64,000 bases of DNA, taken from Iphione sp. A-MEVVRFRX5 (taxonomy: Eukaryota). The position numbers and the translations under genes were made by a program. The DNA lies in NCBI GenBank assembly GCA_976226885.1, contig OZ320319.1, forward strand, positions 29,884,001-29,948,000. The letters are read 5' to 3'. Below the pieces are notes generated by a model that worked only from the letters and a program-made list of their open reading frames with translations, was not told the origin of the DNA and searched no databases. Below, in pieces: positions 1 to 14,339 of the stretch; within the stretch, counting starts at the first letter, position 1, and every line of letters begins with the position of its first letter.

Positions 1-1602
1 GGAACCATCTCAGTATTTGTAGTATCAGGACCACATCCAATTATGCCACTGGAATAATCGGTTCATCAGTCTAATGAAAAATCTTAAAAACAAGGCAAGG
101 CAGCATAGGGACCATGTCCTAGCAACATTACCCATGCACTGTATACTCTATTTTATTCTCCATTCTAATAAAGAGACAGCTATGAAATAACACTGCACAG
201 AGTGAAATGCATTTGTAGTGTCTTAAAATATATCCATAACTATAACGCAAATATGAATACATAAATAAGTATGTGTATTTGTCTACTTATACATCTACAT
301 GTTTATTATCATAAAGATGAGGTAATTATGGAGTAAAATTGAGGAAGCGTATAATATCTAGGTGACCCAGATTATAAGTACAAATAAATCAGGCGCCAGT
401 GTGGGCGTCATGCTGAACAAGGGGCGTCGGAAGGTATCGACACACTGCCAGCTATACGTCTCAGGATGCCAGGAGTTCAGCGACTTTATACCACGATTGA
501 TATAGTGCAGCTAACGCTGGAGAGCAGTTTAAAACAACGGCTGGGAAACAGAGTAGGTTCGACCTCTTTTTCAAAGTGGAACATTACCGCAAGTAGCTTG
601 GTCCAACCTTGCATATGTACTGTCGTCCATTGTGAGACGCGTCATGCATGGGAGACGCATAACAGAAAAAAATGAATAACGATTTGAAAGTCGCCTACTT
701 ACACATGCTTATCACAATTGAAAACAGTATTATAGTTCTTGCCGGTTATGAGGGCGCTCCAACATCAGGTACTGAAACTGGTTTTGCCCGGCGCAATATA
801 TTGGGTGACTCCACATCGCTGTTGACCTGCCCACCAAGTATTACAGTATCCGCGTCCTGCCGCGGCTTCAACCTCCATAGGCTTAAACGTTGACCTTTCC
901 CTCATTTGCCCTAGCCGTGGATGCATCCATTGAATGAAGCAGTAGGCGGAAGTGCACTGCTTATAACTGGTGTTAGAAGGCTTCAGCCAGGTCTGGACAC
1001 TGTGGTTAACTACCGTACACAAACACAATTTATCTGCACACGCACGGCAATATGGTGTGGTTTCATGCAGGCTGTATGAAAAGAGTTGTATAAAAACAAC
1101 TTTTTGTACAGGAAGGTCACGTCACCCGAATGGAGTTATTTATAAACAGTATATATAGTTGGTTATGTATTGCTACACGAAGCAAAGACGCATCGACATT
1201 GTGTTGGACCTTTTTTTAAAATTATACCATTAATGTCTATATCCAAAGGGAAAGTGTCATGGAGAGAAAACTTTATATATGTATTATTCTGTTGTTTAGA
1301 GGTGATAGTAGTTGAAGTAGTTGTCCGAGGATTTCGCCGCTGCTATTTTGGTTGCCACAATTATTTGCTGGGACATTTCTGTCCTGACCGATTTACATAT
1401 ACCTAAATAAGTACAGATCTTGGCAACTGTGGTATTTTCTTTGTCCTCTACAAGTTATCTGTGCAGGATGTTTCTAAGCATTCGAATAAAAATGTCCTAT
1501 TACATTGCATACAGATGTACACATGTGTACTAGAGTTTGTAGAAAAGGAGTACTGAGATAGCTACCACAGTCCGGTCATGAGGAATACATGAAGCCTTAG
1601 AC

Positions 1603-2880
1603 ATGGGACAGCATGCAGCTGTGGTATTAATAGACATGTCAAAGGCTTTTGATGTAGTCAACCATAACATTCTCCATAAAAAGTTAATAGATCTTAATTT
1701 TCGTGCATCACAGGTAAAGGTTTTAACTTCTTATTTGACAAATCGTTTCCAATATGTTAAAAGTAACAACAGAGCTTCATCCTTGAGACATCTAAAACAG
1801 GGTGTATCCCAAGGTAGCATCTTGGGGCTGCTATTGTTCACCATATTTGTCAATGAAATGCTGAATGCCTTAATTGTCAACAGATGCATAATGAATGCAG
1901 ACGACATAGCAGTTTATACCACCGCTAGCAATGTGGTGGCTTTGCAATTAAAGATGAGCAGGGGACTTAAAGATATACAGAGTTGGACAAAAGATCATGG
2001 GTTGTTAATAAATAAAATAAAAACCAAATACATCTGTTTTGGAAGAACAAGACAGTTTGAATTATACTTGAAGCTAAATAGAAGCAAGCTGAGAAAGGTG
2101 AAGGAGTGTTCTTACTGAGGTTTTCAACTTGATGAAACACTAAGCTGGAACTCTCATATAAACAATATCAGGAATAAAGTGTGAGGGCGTAGCTATGCAT
2201 TGTCAAAACTAACATGGCAATTACCATTAAAGGACTGGGTAACCATTTTCATTGCCTTCATATACTCCCTGTTTCAATAGGGACCACCATTTTTGACAGG
2301 AGGAAGTAATAAGGGAAAACTAGCTCTCCAAATTGAGTATAACAAAGCCCTAACACAAGTCCTATCTTTGAATAGAGCAAACAGACTGTTAGTAACGAAC
2401 CTGAAAAGAAGACTAGGGCTCCAGCCATTAGAAACATACATTGAGATGAAATGCCCATGTGTTATCCATCATTTAATTTTACAGAAAGAATTAGTACCAA
2501 TAGAAGGAGGAAAGATGAGAGGGCGTAGGTCACTTTGGCTCCCCCAATGGTGACCAAGACAGAGTCTCATGAAGAAATCTTTCTTGTACCAAGGAACAAA
2601 GAACTGGAACAGCCTGTCACTCAATACTAAAAAATCAAGAACAGTCGATAATTTTTCAAAGCAGCTGAAAAAATAGGCTACATAAATACTGACCCTAGTA
2701 GGGGTATTAACTTGTGATTATGCTTAAAATGTTTTCTTTCCTTTCCTTTTCTTTTTTTCTTTTTAATCTTTTTTCTTTTCTGCTCATGTTTGACAGTTAT
2801 GTAATTCACTCAATATTCACAAGAAGGCCTGGGATGTACTCTGACGACTGTGAATAAAAGTGTTCAAATTCAAATTCAAT
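1603..2880 (+). mobile_element. 5'-truncated, degenerate non-LTR retrotransposon (CR1/L2-like) reverse transcriptase remnant
   Basis: ORF 1603-2118 has RT motifs IDMSKAFDVVNH, GVSQGSILG and NADDIAVY. The frame continues past a stop as Y*GFQLDETLSWNSHI, and FLYQGTKNWNSL occurs near 2580-2615. The element ends with AATAAA (2853-2858) and a short TTCAAA tandem tail (2863-2880). Confidence 0.85.
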
Positions 2881-3850
2881 CCACCACAGCACGGAAGATA
2901 GCCTGGGGGTTAGATGAGAAGTATGTTACATATGTTATAACAGTAGATACTAAAGGGGTGCTGTGTAAGTCTTAAGCACAGGGGAAATATCTAAATTAAC
3001 ATAGAAAAAGGATAGTGTAACTTCGCAAACTATATAATATTAGATATTCTTATAGAGGATCAGGATATTCCAGATAAAACCTGAGTGTTCAGAAAATACA
3101 ACTACAGTGATATTTGAGCAAAGTTAACCCGAGCAACACCGATAAAATTTGGTGATAGCCTGGCTTATTAAACACGTGTATAACAAAACTAATCTATGGC
3201 AACTTGGGATAGTAATTCTGGGTTCTTCTCATGTGTAAAGACAGGTGAAATAATGTAAATTGGGCGAATATTCAGCATGCGCTTCGATAGCCCTTTTCGC
3301 GGCCGTTTTGGCTAGCTCGATCAACTTTTGTCACCATTTCCATTTCACTTTGCATTGGTATAACACTTCAGGCGTCTTTACATTGTTATATAAGACCCAT
3401 GTTGAGACCTACAGCAGGTACGGTCGACGACTAAATGCTATTTACTGTCGCAAAGCCGATTTATTATTTTATCGGCTCGTATCGTTTTTCCTATCATGCT
3501 TACTTGTTGGCTCCGGATCGGCCAGGCCCTTCCTGTCGTGAGTTAGACCGTTCAGAGTTTACTTGTTTAAAAATTTGAGATAATTCCACCTCGGGAACGC
3601 TATAGTAGCAGGATATCTAGAATGTTTTTCTCTGTATTTAACAGACACTTATACACATGCATAATGGTGTATAACGTATATCAACATAATGTCTTATGCA
3701 ATATTCAGTATTTTCCATTTTAGTGTCAAGCTAACCCAAACCCAATATTGAAATGGAGAGCTCGTGAATATAGTGAGGGAGAGAAAAACAGGAAAAAGGG
3801 AGAGAGCGAGAGAGATACACTCACGCAGAGGGCTAGAGAGAAGGACAGAG

Positions 3851-3852
<2 letters not shown>

Positions 3853-3928
<76 letters not shown>
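3853..3928. repeat. (GA)38 microsatellite
   Basis: Uninterrupted GA dinucleotide run; the source of the spurious ER/SL ORFs in the track. Confidence 0.97.
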
Positions 3929-3930
<2 letters not shown>

Positions 3931-4206
3931 CAGACAGACAGAGAGGGAGACAAAGGAATGGGAAGACAAGGAGAGTTTCTTCACGTGTCTGCTTACGCTC
4001 AGTAATATTGGAGGCACTTCTGACATACGTGTATAGATTTGTACGCGCACAATTCTATGTACATGTACATGTACATGTAAAATGAGAATCTATGGCCGCC
4101 GTCCATGTTTGATTTTACACATACCCTTGGCCCATCCCATTTCATCCCGTCCCATGTATATCCTATCCCATTTCTCCTCATTCTTGGCCTCTCTCTCCTT
4201 CTCCCT

Positions 4207-4362
4207 NNNNNNNNNNNNNNNNNNNNNNNNNNNNNNNNNNNNNNNNNNNNNNNNNNNNNNNNNNNNNNNNNNNNNNNNNNNNNNNNNNNNNNNNNNNNNN
4301 NNNNNNNNNNNNNNNNNNNNNNNNNNNNNNNNNNNNNNNNNNNNNNNNNNNNNNNNNNNNNN
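4207..4362. other. assembly gap (156 N)
   Basis: Run of N bases. Confidence 1.
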
Positions 4363-7300
4363 TTTAAACAATCTCGCCGTTACTGACGTAGAATAATAAC
4401 CTCTGTGTCCACGGGGGATGGGTGGAGGCAGCAGTGGGAGTGTTACCTACCCGACACATACATATCATTATTCATGGCCCACTACCTGTAGCGTAGACAC
4501 AGCTAAACTTTCCTTTCTAGGTTGGCCCCCCGCCATGCTTTATCACAGTTAGCTTAGTAGTGCCATCTCCATAGACAGACATTTTCCAAAGGAGATTCCT
4601 GCTATTTGTCAAGTGATAATGCTATTATACGTTAACATATATTGTGCGATAAATGTTTCACGCATCGTGTCAGCGGATACACTCACGGCGACAATCACGA
4701 TTGAAACGATTCTCACCAGGTGCGTTTACATCCCCTTGAGTGTTGCACTTTGTCACATTCTCATATTTTGCCAGACCTCACTGCACTCAAATCTGTGTGT
4801 AAACGGTATTCATTGAACTTGTAACGCCCTTTGCTACAAACATTTATAGTTCAAAATTGTAAGCGATACCTTCTGGTAAATCTTTAATGGAAAGTGTTAA
4901 AACTGCAGCAATAATGTTAAACCATGTAGAACTACGACGTATGTGTTGTTGCACTATGGTATCTGAAGAGTCTGCCCTCTACACTGTAACTGCATTGCCC
5001 TGTAAACCTTGAACCCCCCCCCCCCCCACTTTTTTTTTCTAAATCAATTTAAGTATGGGTTAGTTTATCGCTGAGCATTTAAGCATGCACACTTAAATTG
5101 AAATACTGCCATTGATTATGCCACTCTGTTATGTAGCCATTTGAAATAGACCTTTCTCGCTCGCCGTTGTAGTGGTATTTCTAACAACATAATAATGACA
5201 ATATATCTTCCACAAAGAGACATCAGATTACCTTTTACAATATGTTTTTTGGGGAAAACATGTTAGATGGGAGAAACATGAGATTAACGACACCGTTAAA
5301 ATAACGTTTACAGAGAAAACAGGACAGTTCGCATCACAACCATCTTACGCCACGGCCGACTCAAACTATGACCAGTATGTCCTGTAACCAATTTACACCA
5401 TTACAAATTCAACCAAAATGTTAGTTCTCCCGAAGTAATGATTGTTCTACTCAATGGATGCATCAGTGTTTAGGTCATACCGGCCAACAAATCAGCTACA
5501 TTATTGCCATTTCGAAATAGAAAATATTTTTCTTCCTTCTTTTATTTTTTTCATTTAAGTGTCATTTCAAAGTGTCCATCTGTTATATGACACAGTGTGT
5601 TTGCTCGAGAAATATTGTTCAACTGAATTAGATTTTGAGCGTAATTTATATTAGGGTTTATGCATCCTCAAACGTGAAGCTTCAAATTGCTGATGGCACA
5701 AGTTTGCTAGGGCCCGTACTGGCAATGACGTTAATTAGTTATTACGTCAATTGTCTAGGACCCCACGTAGATACAGGTGAAAGCAGATATGCATGTCCAT
5801 ATATGTCGATGAAATTTGTATTATTGTTTCCTTTGTAGGGGAGAAATACATCAAACAAATCGAAATCGCTTCCAACGAAACGTGCATGGACACTCTCCTT
5901 ACTGGACACTCCTCAGTGCAAGGAGAAGGTCCTGTCACTCTTATGCACCTTTCTTCATTTTATAGAGATAGCCCTTCAGGTGGCAGCAGGGCACTCGTCC
6001 TCAGAATACAGGACACAAGTAGGGTAACTGAATAGTGGGTTCTTGGGCAGGGGTATAGTGGGCAAGCATTGTCAAGGGCAACTTCAAAGTAGCCGCCGTA
6101 TTTACACAGTGGATAACAGCAGCCTTTGTTGAAGGTTAAAGGCGGAAAGCCTCTTTAACGTGTAGTTTAAATAAAGGTAAGCTTGTAACGAATTCACAAA
6201 TTTCTCTACTCTGAGAGAAACACACGAAAAAGAGACTGGTCCGTTGGCATTATATGAGCCGTTGTTTTCTGTAATACTCTCAACACGGCCTTAATCTCGT
6301 AGTGCATGTTGATGTGTTGCCATTGTTTCTGTATCTGTGAAGTTTTCCTAATGGCAGATGAATAAAATATACGAATAAGAACTGACTATTAGAAAACATC
6401 CAGTGCTCGAATAATACGCAGACAACATACTTAATATGATGACTCTCCATTTCACTTTTGATCATTATCACATAATTTTAATAGGAAGACATATTTGACG
6501 CCAGCTAAGAAGATTACCCCGGCTAATTGTATGAAAATAGTTTCCCTAATTTGCTTAGTATAGGGCCACCTGAGAGTTGGGTAGAGAAGGCAGGAGGAAT
6601 ATTCTACTGTGGGGTATTCATTATTCAGTACTGACACGGTCTATAAGGGGGAGGGGTGGGGGTTCTCGCTGCTGTTTGTCCCCACGCCCTGCTCACCACC
6701 CCGCCCACACCACCCCACTGTCAGCGCATAGCGACCTGTGGTAGTGCTCAGGGTCACCACATGGCTATGGGAATCGACTTCGGTCCTGTCTCCGTTACTT
6801 CAGTGCATGGAAGGGCACATTGTCTGCAATGTGTCCATGAACAACTGTGTTATGACGTATTAGAGACGGGCGAAAGGAGGTTGCTTACCCTGGGGATCAC
6901 TATTCATTCCTCATATGGGAAAAAGTACACTTTAATCTTTATGAAAAGAGAAACCATCGACGACGCAATATTTAGGAGAGTAAGTGTGAAGGGAAAATAC
7001 ATTTGGGTGCAAAATATTACCATTCACTCGGCGTGGTTTTTGTTTGGGAATCTCATGTAGAAGAAAAGAAGGCAACTTTTGGGTGAACCAGGAGTTAATT
7101 AAAAGGCAATTTCACGAAGAACAAGACCGGTATACTCAATCAGATAATATACTCTCAAACGACAACGTAAGCACATGTATGTCATATTCAATGTTATGAT
7201 GGCACTAATCGTTTCATAAAGCATGGTCATGAAGCAGCCTCCTAAGATCATTTATATTTTCAACATGTTTTTTGTTTAAAAAAACAAAGCGAGGAATTTT

Positions 7301-8569
7301 TCCTTTATACGTGTTAGATGCTCAAAGTGACAGGCAGATGTTTCCCATAACCTACGTTAGTAGGGTGCGTGCGTGTGCATGTGGGAGAGTTTGTCTTTAT
7401 GGCCACATGTAAATGTAAAATCTGTTGCTATCTGGATTTTCGCTTTAGGCACCCGTGGTGTATCCGACATCATTTTTGTTCCAGTTTCAGGCTGGGAAAT
7501 GTGTCATAAACCGTCCGTACAACAAGAGCTGATCTTCTTAAAGGGGCTCTACTTACTAGCCAGTTTTCAAGGGGGGACTGGCTTGGAGAGGGAGATTCAA
7601 ATCAGGAGTCAACTGTGGGAGGGGGGCGGGTAGGTCCCACGAGGTGCTCCTCGCACCTGTCCGTCGTGTGGGGTGGCGGCCCGGGCTCCATTTTGGCCAT
7701 TGGCATCCCGCCACACACCACTTCAGGTGAGGCCCATGTAGGAGAAGGCAGGTGGATGAAGGGCTAAAGTGCCGCTCATGCCATCTTTATTTACAGCGCG
7801 GCTGCCGTCCCAGGGTAATGGGTGCCGCATGTGTGGACGAGAAGTGGCCCCCGTTAAAGGAACCAACACCTTAACATGGCACGCAAGATCGGGATATGTA
7901 ATCATAACCCATGGGTCCCCCGTCGGATGTGGCCAACAGAAACACATTCACACAGCACTATGCACTCACGCCACTCTGTGAATGTTGGAGGTGTTTTTCT
8001 TTCCCGAAGGTGAACAGTTTCTCGTTTTTTTTTGTTAAGCAGCCGTTTTCGAATAACCACTGTATCAGAAAAGGCTGAAAAAGGCAAACAGCCCACAAGT
8101 GCATAGATTATAGTCGTTCTCAAATCAAGGGGGAGCTACTTTAATGAAAAAACACACTTTCAATAACCTTGCACAACCACGCTTGAAGTCGTATGATATT
8201 TGGCTGAGAAACGGGCGAGAGAGTGTCAGTAAAGTGGGTTGTAAAGGGAATTGCCTCGTGCCAATACAAACCTTTGAATAACACAATGCTGTCCGTGGGA
8301 CGTGCCCATGCGTTTCTCTAAGATATTAGCAGTTGATAGCATGAGTAGTCAACTTCTCAAACTTGCTAGTTGCTTAAATATTAACATTGAAACTTGCCCA
8401 GCAGCCCTTCGGCTTATCTATAGGGCCATTCCTGGTACATTGTTGGGCGGAATTCCGCTTGGTGTGAAGCAATTTATTACATGTACATGTAAAGAAAGCA
8501 TGACTTCATATTATGTAAATTCTTAAATATTTGCCAGAGTACAATTTCACAGCACTTAATATAATACAA

Positions 8570-8611
8570 ACAGCCATAACTGGAACTCTGACAGCCATAA
8601 CTGGAACTCTG
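8570..8611. repeat. perfect 21-bp tandem duplication
   Basis: ACAGCCATAACTGGAACTCTG occurs twice head-to-tail. Confidence 0.9.
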
Positions 8612-8626
8612 AATGGTGGGGTACAT

Positions 8627-8952
8627 CTAAAAAAGAGAGCTTTGTTTCCAGTAACAAGGTGAAAAATTTAGGGTCAGTGGGTAGGTGGTATTTGTTTCTT
8701 TTTTGTGATAATGGATCTTAAAAGCAACAGATGTATATGGTAATATCACTTCTGTTGCTCAGATCTTAATGAAACATACATGTATATCATATGAAAACTA
8801 GTAATGTTAGGAATACATTGATGTATAGTATAAGTTTCTATCAAAGTTCTTTCTGAAGATATTCAAAAAACAAGAAAAAAATAAAAGTTGCAATTACCCA
8901 AATATAAGGGTCGCTTGGGTTACCGGAAGCACCGATATTTTTTTCATAGGCC
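8627..8952. mobile_element. diverged MITE, probably related to the 36166/60817 family
   Basis: Left end AAAAAAGAGAGCTTTGTTTCCAGTAAC and right end GTTACCGGAAGCACCGATATTTTTTT...GGCC resemble the TIRs of the 336-bp MITE. Length is similar; no clear TSD. Confidence 0.4.
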
Positions 8953-11900
8953 CGATTCGAAAAGGATTTCGTTGGCATCACTTGTAGTTGCATTTTACTG
9001 TATGCTAGGACAGTATATCTGAGATGAAGCATGAAACTCTCTGATTTCATTCTGTCACTCAGGTTGCTTGCTGCCTCTGTGGGGTTCCGAACAAACCTGC
9101 TGGGCCACTAGTAGGCATGAGCCTCATTCCCGTAGGAGCTACATATAATTGAAAAAACATAACCTTTTTAGAAACTGGTGTTAAGCAAGTTCGTTTGACA
9201 TGCTTCTTTTAAAATAAGAACATGACCTATGATGTCCTAAGATGCAGTAGTTCATCTGAGCTTTGGTGTAATACTGTGTTGTGTATACGACGCACATCCA
9301 TTAATTTCTATGTCGAGGCGAGTGTGTGAACATTGTTAAAAACGAGCGTTTATTACAGCGTACCGTGGCCATTTTAATGTATCCGTGACATTTAAGAGCA
9401 ACAAATCATCATGATTGTCAATATAATCATTGTGCTGCCCAAGGCTGTGTTAAATTTGTCTTGCGGCGTGTCATGAAGTTAACGGCTGAGAATCACATAG
9501 CCAGTGTCTGGTAACGAGATAGATAATGGAAATTAGCATATAGTAACATCTTCTATCCAGGTACGAAATTGATTTTGACAATATAAAACATACATACATT
9601 TACATAGATATGTATATTCATCGGCCCGTAGCCAGAAAGTCTTGTTGGGGGTATCTTAAATCAGATAGGTGGAACTCTTGGCGATGGTGATGGGCCAGTA
9701 TTGAGTTAAATACATGCACTTATTTTAAATTGGTAACTGGTAGGCCTACATGTATTAGAAATGGGCTCTAGTGTTGAAGCTAGCGAATTAGTACGAAGCA
9801 TGAGTTCAGTGGGCACATGAATATTTGAACGCTAAAATATCTCAACACAGCATCATAATAATATTGGTACATGTGCTTAATTTAAATGGGTAGCCATTGT
9901 GTCACACATGGCCCACAAGGCCCGGTTACCAACAATAAAACAACTGGCGAGTCCCCGGGCAATTCATTGAACGCCCATAGAGGCTGACAGAATGAACCTG
10001 ACAATGACGTGAATGCAGGCAGAGGTGAGGGTCAAGTGATAGGGGTCAAGGTGAGGTGTAAGACAGGAGTATCATACGATGGTGAATCAGCCATCATATT
10101 TCGAGGCCATTCATTTATAGGCATTTATTTGGGAATTTGTTTCTCTCAGAGCTATATATATATATCATTTGCGGGAGGATTAACAGGAAAGACCATATGT
10201 ATAGAGTGCAGTCTCGCTATTCCGGACATCAGAATGACTTATTGAATTCTTTCTATAATGAAGGGTGTCCGAAATAGCCGAAGCCTGTTATGTATTGGAC
10301 TGAAATCATAAACAATAATGAATAATATTAATCATTATTCTTTATGGAGAAATTTTTGTCATAGGTGGCTGTAGAACATACAAAAGCAAGTCATAATATA
10401 TGTTCAAACATTTGTGCTGTGGTCTTATACTCGTCTGATGTTTTACTCCTCAAATTCAGTACTGCTCAGGTTTTTACTCCTTTTTCTGCTATTGTCTGGG
10501 GTGTTCGAAGAGAAGCATGACACTGTCATCCTGCCTTGCTTCGAGCCTTTCTTCTCTCGACCATTGTCTGGGATGTTCAAAGAGGAGGTGCTATGTGTAT
10601 GTGACAGGTTTTCTCACACGTTTCCTCACAACTTTCATCTCACCTGTCCAGTTTAGTCATAGGAATTCCTCATCTGGGAGCGCAAAATGTATATGTCCGG
10701 AAGAGGGTGTCCGGAAAAGGTGAGTGACCAGAATGACGGGGGCACACTAAACATTGAATAGAGGGTCTTCATATGACTCTGGGGTCTTCCTGTCCGCAGT
10801 GAAGGTTGTCCACAAACAGAAATTCCACTGTTTATGGATATGCATGTGCATTCATACTCTTATAGGTTGAGTTTGTTTATCTCGGAAGTTCCGGCACCGT
10901 GAAATAGGCTAATATAAATTTGATATGTGTGTGTCAGAATTTACATACTTGAAGTTGCTGTGTACATAAAAACAAGTTGAAAGGTTTTCTCATGATATGT
11001 TATTAATGAGCGTAACTGAAGCATTATTCTCTGCCATTGCTCAGAGGTGCCCGTTGAAGCGAGGCATTTACAGTCAAGTCAGTTAGACAGACACATAGCC
11101 TACACTCACACATATGTATGTATATCTATACCTACAAACTCATGGACTAGGACATAATATAAACAGACCTTAACGCTTAGACGCAAAAATAACATACAAA
11201 CGTATTCTAAGAGTTCATTACATATCCTGCACTTTTAACCCGATGTAAAAGTGACCTTGTCTGCAATGTCAAAGTCTGCAGGAACGTCTGTCTGCATGGT
11301 TGTGGTCCCTACATTACTGCGTTATGGGTGGACCTCGTGGGAAAACCTCCGGCTATCGCCAACAGCAGGTTTCACATTGATTAATCAGTAATGGGATGAC
11401 TGATTGGCCGTGTGTCGTAAGCTGTATATATATATATAATATGTATATCCTGCAAACCCTTGGTCTACCAGCTAGATCCCGATTAGTCTGCTATTGATGA
11501 GGTTCTGCCAGCCTTGGAAGTCTCCCCTGAAAAAAAGACCACCACCAGGATGTCAAGGACGGTGGGGTCCCATTGAAGCTTCATTATGGTTAATTAGCAT
11601 ACGATCATCACTGCTATTTCTGTGCTAGTGGCGATTTCAATGGATGTTTGTCGCACAGGACAGAAATTTCGAACGTTTCATGAGGAAAACACATTACTAC
11701 AGCAAACTGTTTCACTGGAGCATGAAGCGAACAGTCGTACTCACTGGAAGAAGGTTCAGAGACATCTAGCGAAGTTGGAGTGTTCATACGGGTACTAATG
11801 ATTCTCATTCGGGTTTCCCTCAGATGACCTTTCCTAAGCTAACGTTCAACGATCAGACTAGGGGCCAAAAGTATGCATGAAAAACGGACTGGCTCAAAGA

Positions 11901-12563
11901 TATTTGATCATAGCCATGGCCTTAGGGATATCAGGTATACAGACGCGCGTTCTATTTATGTATGTACAAATCGATTCCCTCCTCTGTATACTTATGCATT
12001 TTTCATACGCAACATTCCTTCCCACGTGGCTGTGACCTGTTGCCTGAACTGATGAGAACGATAAGAAACGATACGTGAAAACTAAACGGGCTGCCGCTCT
12101 CTTGAATAGATATAGTTTGGCGGTAATTGCTTTCCTCATCTAAGAAATACACGAAATTGTGACACAAAAGCATGGAGTAGAATTATAACAAGACAGAAGG
12201 AAACGATGGCCACTGCATCATTGCAGGCAAGTCGTATCCTTGTTTATATTTCTGCACAGTTTGAAGCTTAAGTGAGCCTGCATTGATGTAGAAGTGAAAA
12301 AACACTGTTCCATGAATGCACTATTTCGGCCATAGAAACTGTACATATTTCTTATTTATCACCTTTCTGTAGCCTTATATTGATAGTCAAATACCTCGGC
12401 TTTTTAGTTGAAATTTTGTGCTTTCCTCTTCATACAGATTAGTTCAATGAGAATATATGTGAATATATATATATATACATGTATATGCACTGAAACACAA
12501 AATATTCATTTTCATTTCATTTTATCTTTTACCAGGAATATATTCACCTATCATCATGGTAGG

Positions 12564-12806
12564 GTTCTTCAATATCCTCCTTGGGTAGCATATTACCATC
12601 TATTATTGAGAATTGAGAGACCAGAATACCAGGCATTGTCCTCTACTCTTATTTTGAATCAGTATCTAGGGTCTTTTTGTGCATAGGGGACAGAATCCTA
12701 TACAACCACAGCCTTTTTACAAGTTGTGGACCACTCTGGGTTGGGGCCACACTAAATCTGTCTGGTCATAATCAAGAGTCCCAGGCCCAGGATTGAACCT
12801 GCAATG
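12564..12806 (-). mobile_element. tRNA-headed SINE-like repeat, partial copy
   Basis: The reverse complement aligns by eye with 40880-41116 (shared TGTATAGGATTCTGT, TTCAAAATAAGAGTAG, TATTCTGGTCTCTCA, AATAGATGGTA) and carries a B-box GGTTCAATCC. Confidence 0.7.
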
Positions 12807-14325
12807 ATATGCCAGTATGTAATTAATCAATGAATGTGTGTATGGAGACGTTTGGGGATACATACACGACTGATGACCCAAATTCATTTTGTACAATGTT
12901 GGAAAACTACTGTGTCTCAGTCTACCATGCAATGTGCCAACGGCCTCACTGATCTGAATATTTACATGTTATGTATGTTCACAGAGTATTGGAACCCAAA
13001 GTCTGGCCCTTACATATATACGATAACTGACTGGAGATCTTCGTATAGATTAAAAAATATTGTATGACGTATAGTTTTGTTTGCGTTCGTAATTGACTTT
13101 ATGAAGACAGTGCAGGTAAACCTAATTATCCGGATCACCGCTGTTTCTGACATTGATCTCTCCAATGTTAACAACTGCAGTATGATATTTACGTACTGGG
13201 GTAGCTGCTGCGGCGTTCTCTCTTTTTCTATTTACAAAACAACGGATCGCATATCGCAGGTAGGCCTACTTCCCATCCTCGACACTTGGCTGATTAGCCA
13301 TTTGAAAAGTGTACATTGTGATGTGGTATCCATTAGGTAGCATACCCACGTTGCACTGGCGTGGTTTGCGGTGTCCTGCCTTGCCCCTGGGGACTGTATG
13401 ATACCACTGCCAGTATTCATCGAGTCGGGCACTCAGGATTTTGTAGTTCCGCTTCTCTTATTTATTCGGTGATGGGCCAGTATTGAGTTATTTTATCTTT
13501 GGTCCCTTTTGCGGGAAGACTATGTACGAGATTTGTTTTTGTGGAATTTTAGCATTAGCCACAACAGGTCAAGTCAAGTCAAGGTTTTTATTCACATCTC
13601 AGTACAGGTGAACATAGTATAAACGTGAATGTAGTGAACAAAGTAAAACGATGTTTTAAGAGAAATGCCTCTTAATATTTAAGGTCGAAAAGATAACCTT
13701 TAGGCACATATCGATGCATATACAATTTTCCCTATAGCACGTGGTAAAGCCTCTTTTTTAGAGAGAGAACTGTCAATTCCGTCCTTATGTCGCTATTTAA
13801 CTTAACATATGGCTTCATAATACTGCTAGGTGAAGCCATGAAAACCACAGCATACGTGAAAAGAGCTGTTATAGGTTTTTGCACGTTCAGCCGTGTCTCT
13901 GAGACTGCCTTGACGTGACAGCGCTGAACAGATGCAGACGATGGCTCAGACTGCATCTAAGTTCTGATGTTTCCAACATAGTACAGTTATCTTTGATAGT
14001 ATCCATGAAATATTCGATAATTGAATCATCTCGAGGAAGCAGTGCTCGCAGTGGAAGATAAAAGTGTGATTTTTTTCACGTTTTGGTTTATACGCCTTGA
14101 TTAAAGCCAGATGTCCCCATGGCATCCTCTTTGTGACTTCATACGGGAAATAATACTGACTGAGCGTTTTGTGACGTGGAAGCAATGTGCCCCATATTAT
14201 ATCAGCGTGTTTGTCCTGTATGCGGCAGATATGTCGACGATAGCGTTTTACATGTGGTCCCACTGCGATTTGCATGATGGCCGTGTTACACTTACGGCCG
14301 CCATCACTGTAATGTCGCAAGTGTA

Positions 14326-14339
14326 GTAACCATGACAAC
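14326..14339. promoter_or_regulatory. RFX X-box-like motif
   Basis: GTAACCATGACAAC fits the DAF-19/RFX consensus GTHNYYATRRNAAC. Motif match only. Confidence 0.4.

Noticed and set aside
3399-3417. ATG...CAG|GTACGG as first coding exon (phase 1)
   Set aside because: Phase-compatible but one of several such candidates; nothing distinguishes it.
3694-4050. SL/ER-repeat ORFs
   Set aside because: Translation of the (GA)38 microsatellite.
4082-4396. ORFs containing X runs
   Set aside because: They span the N gap.
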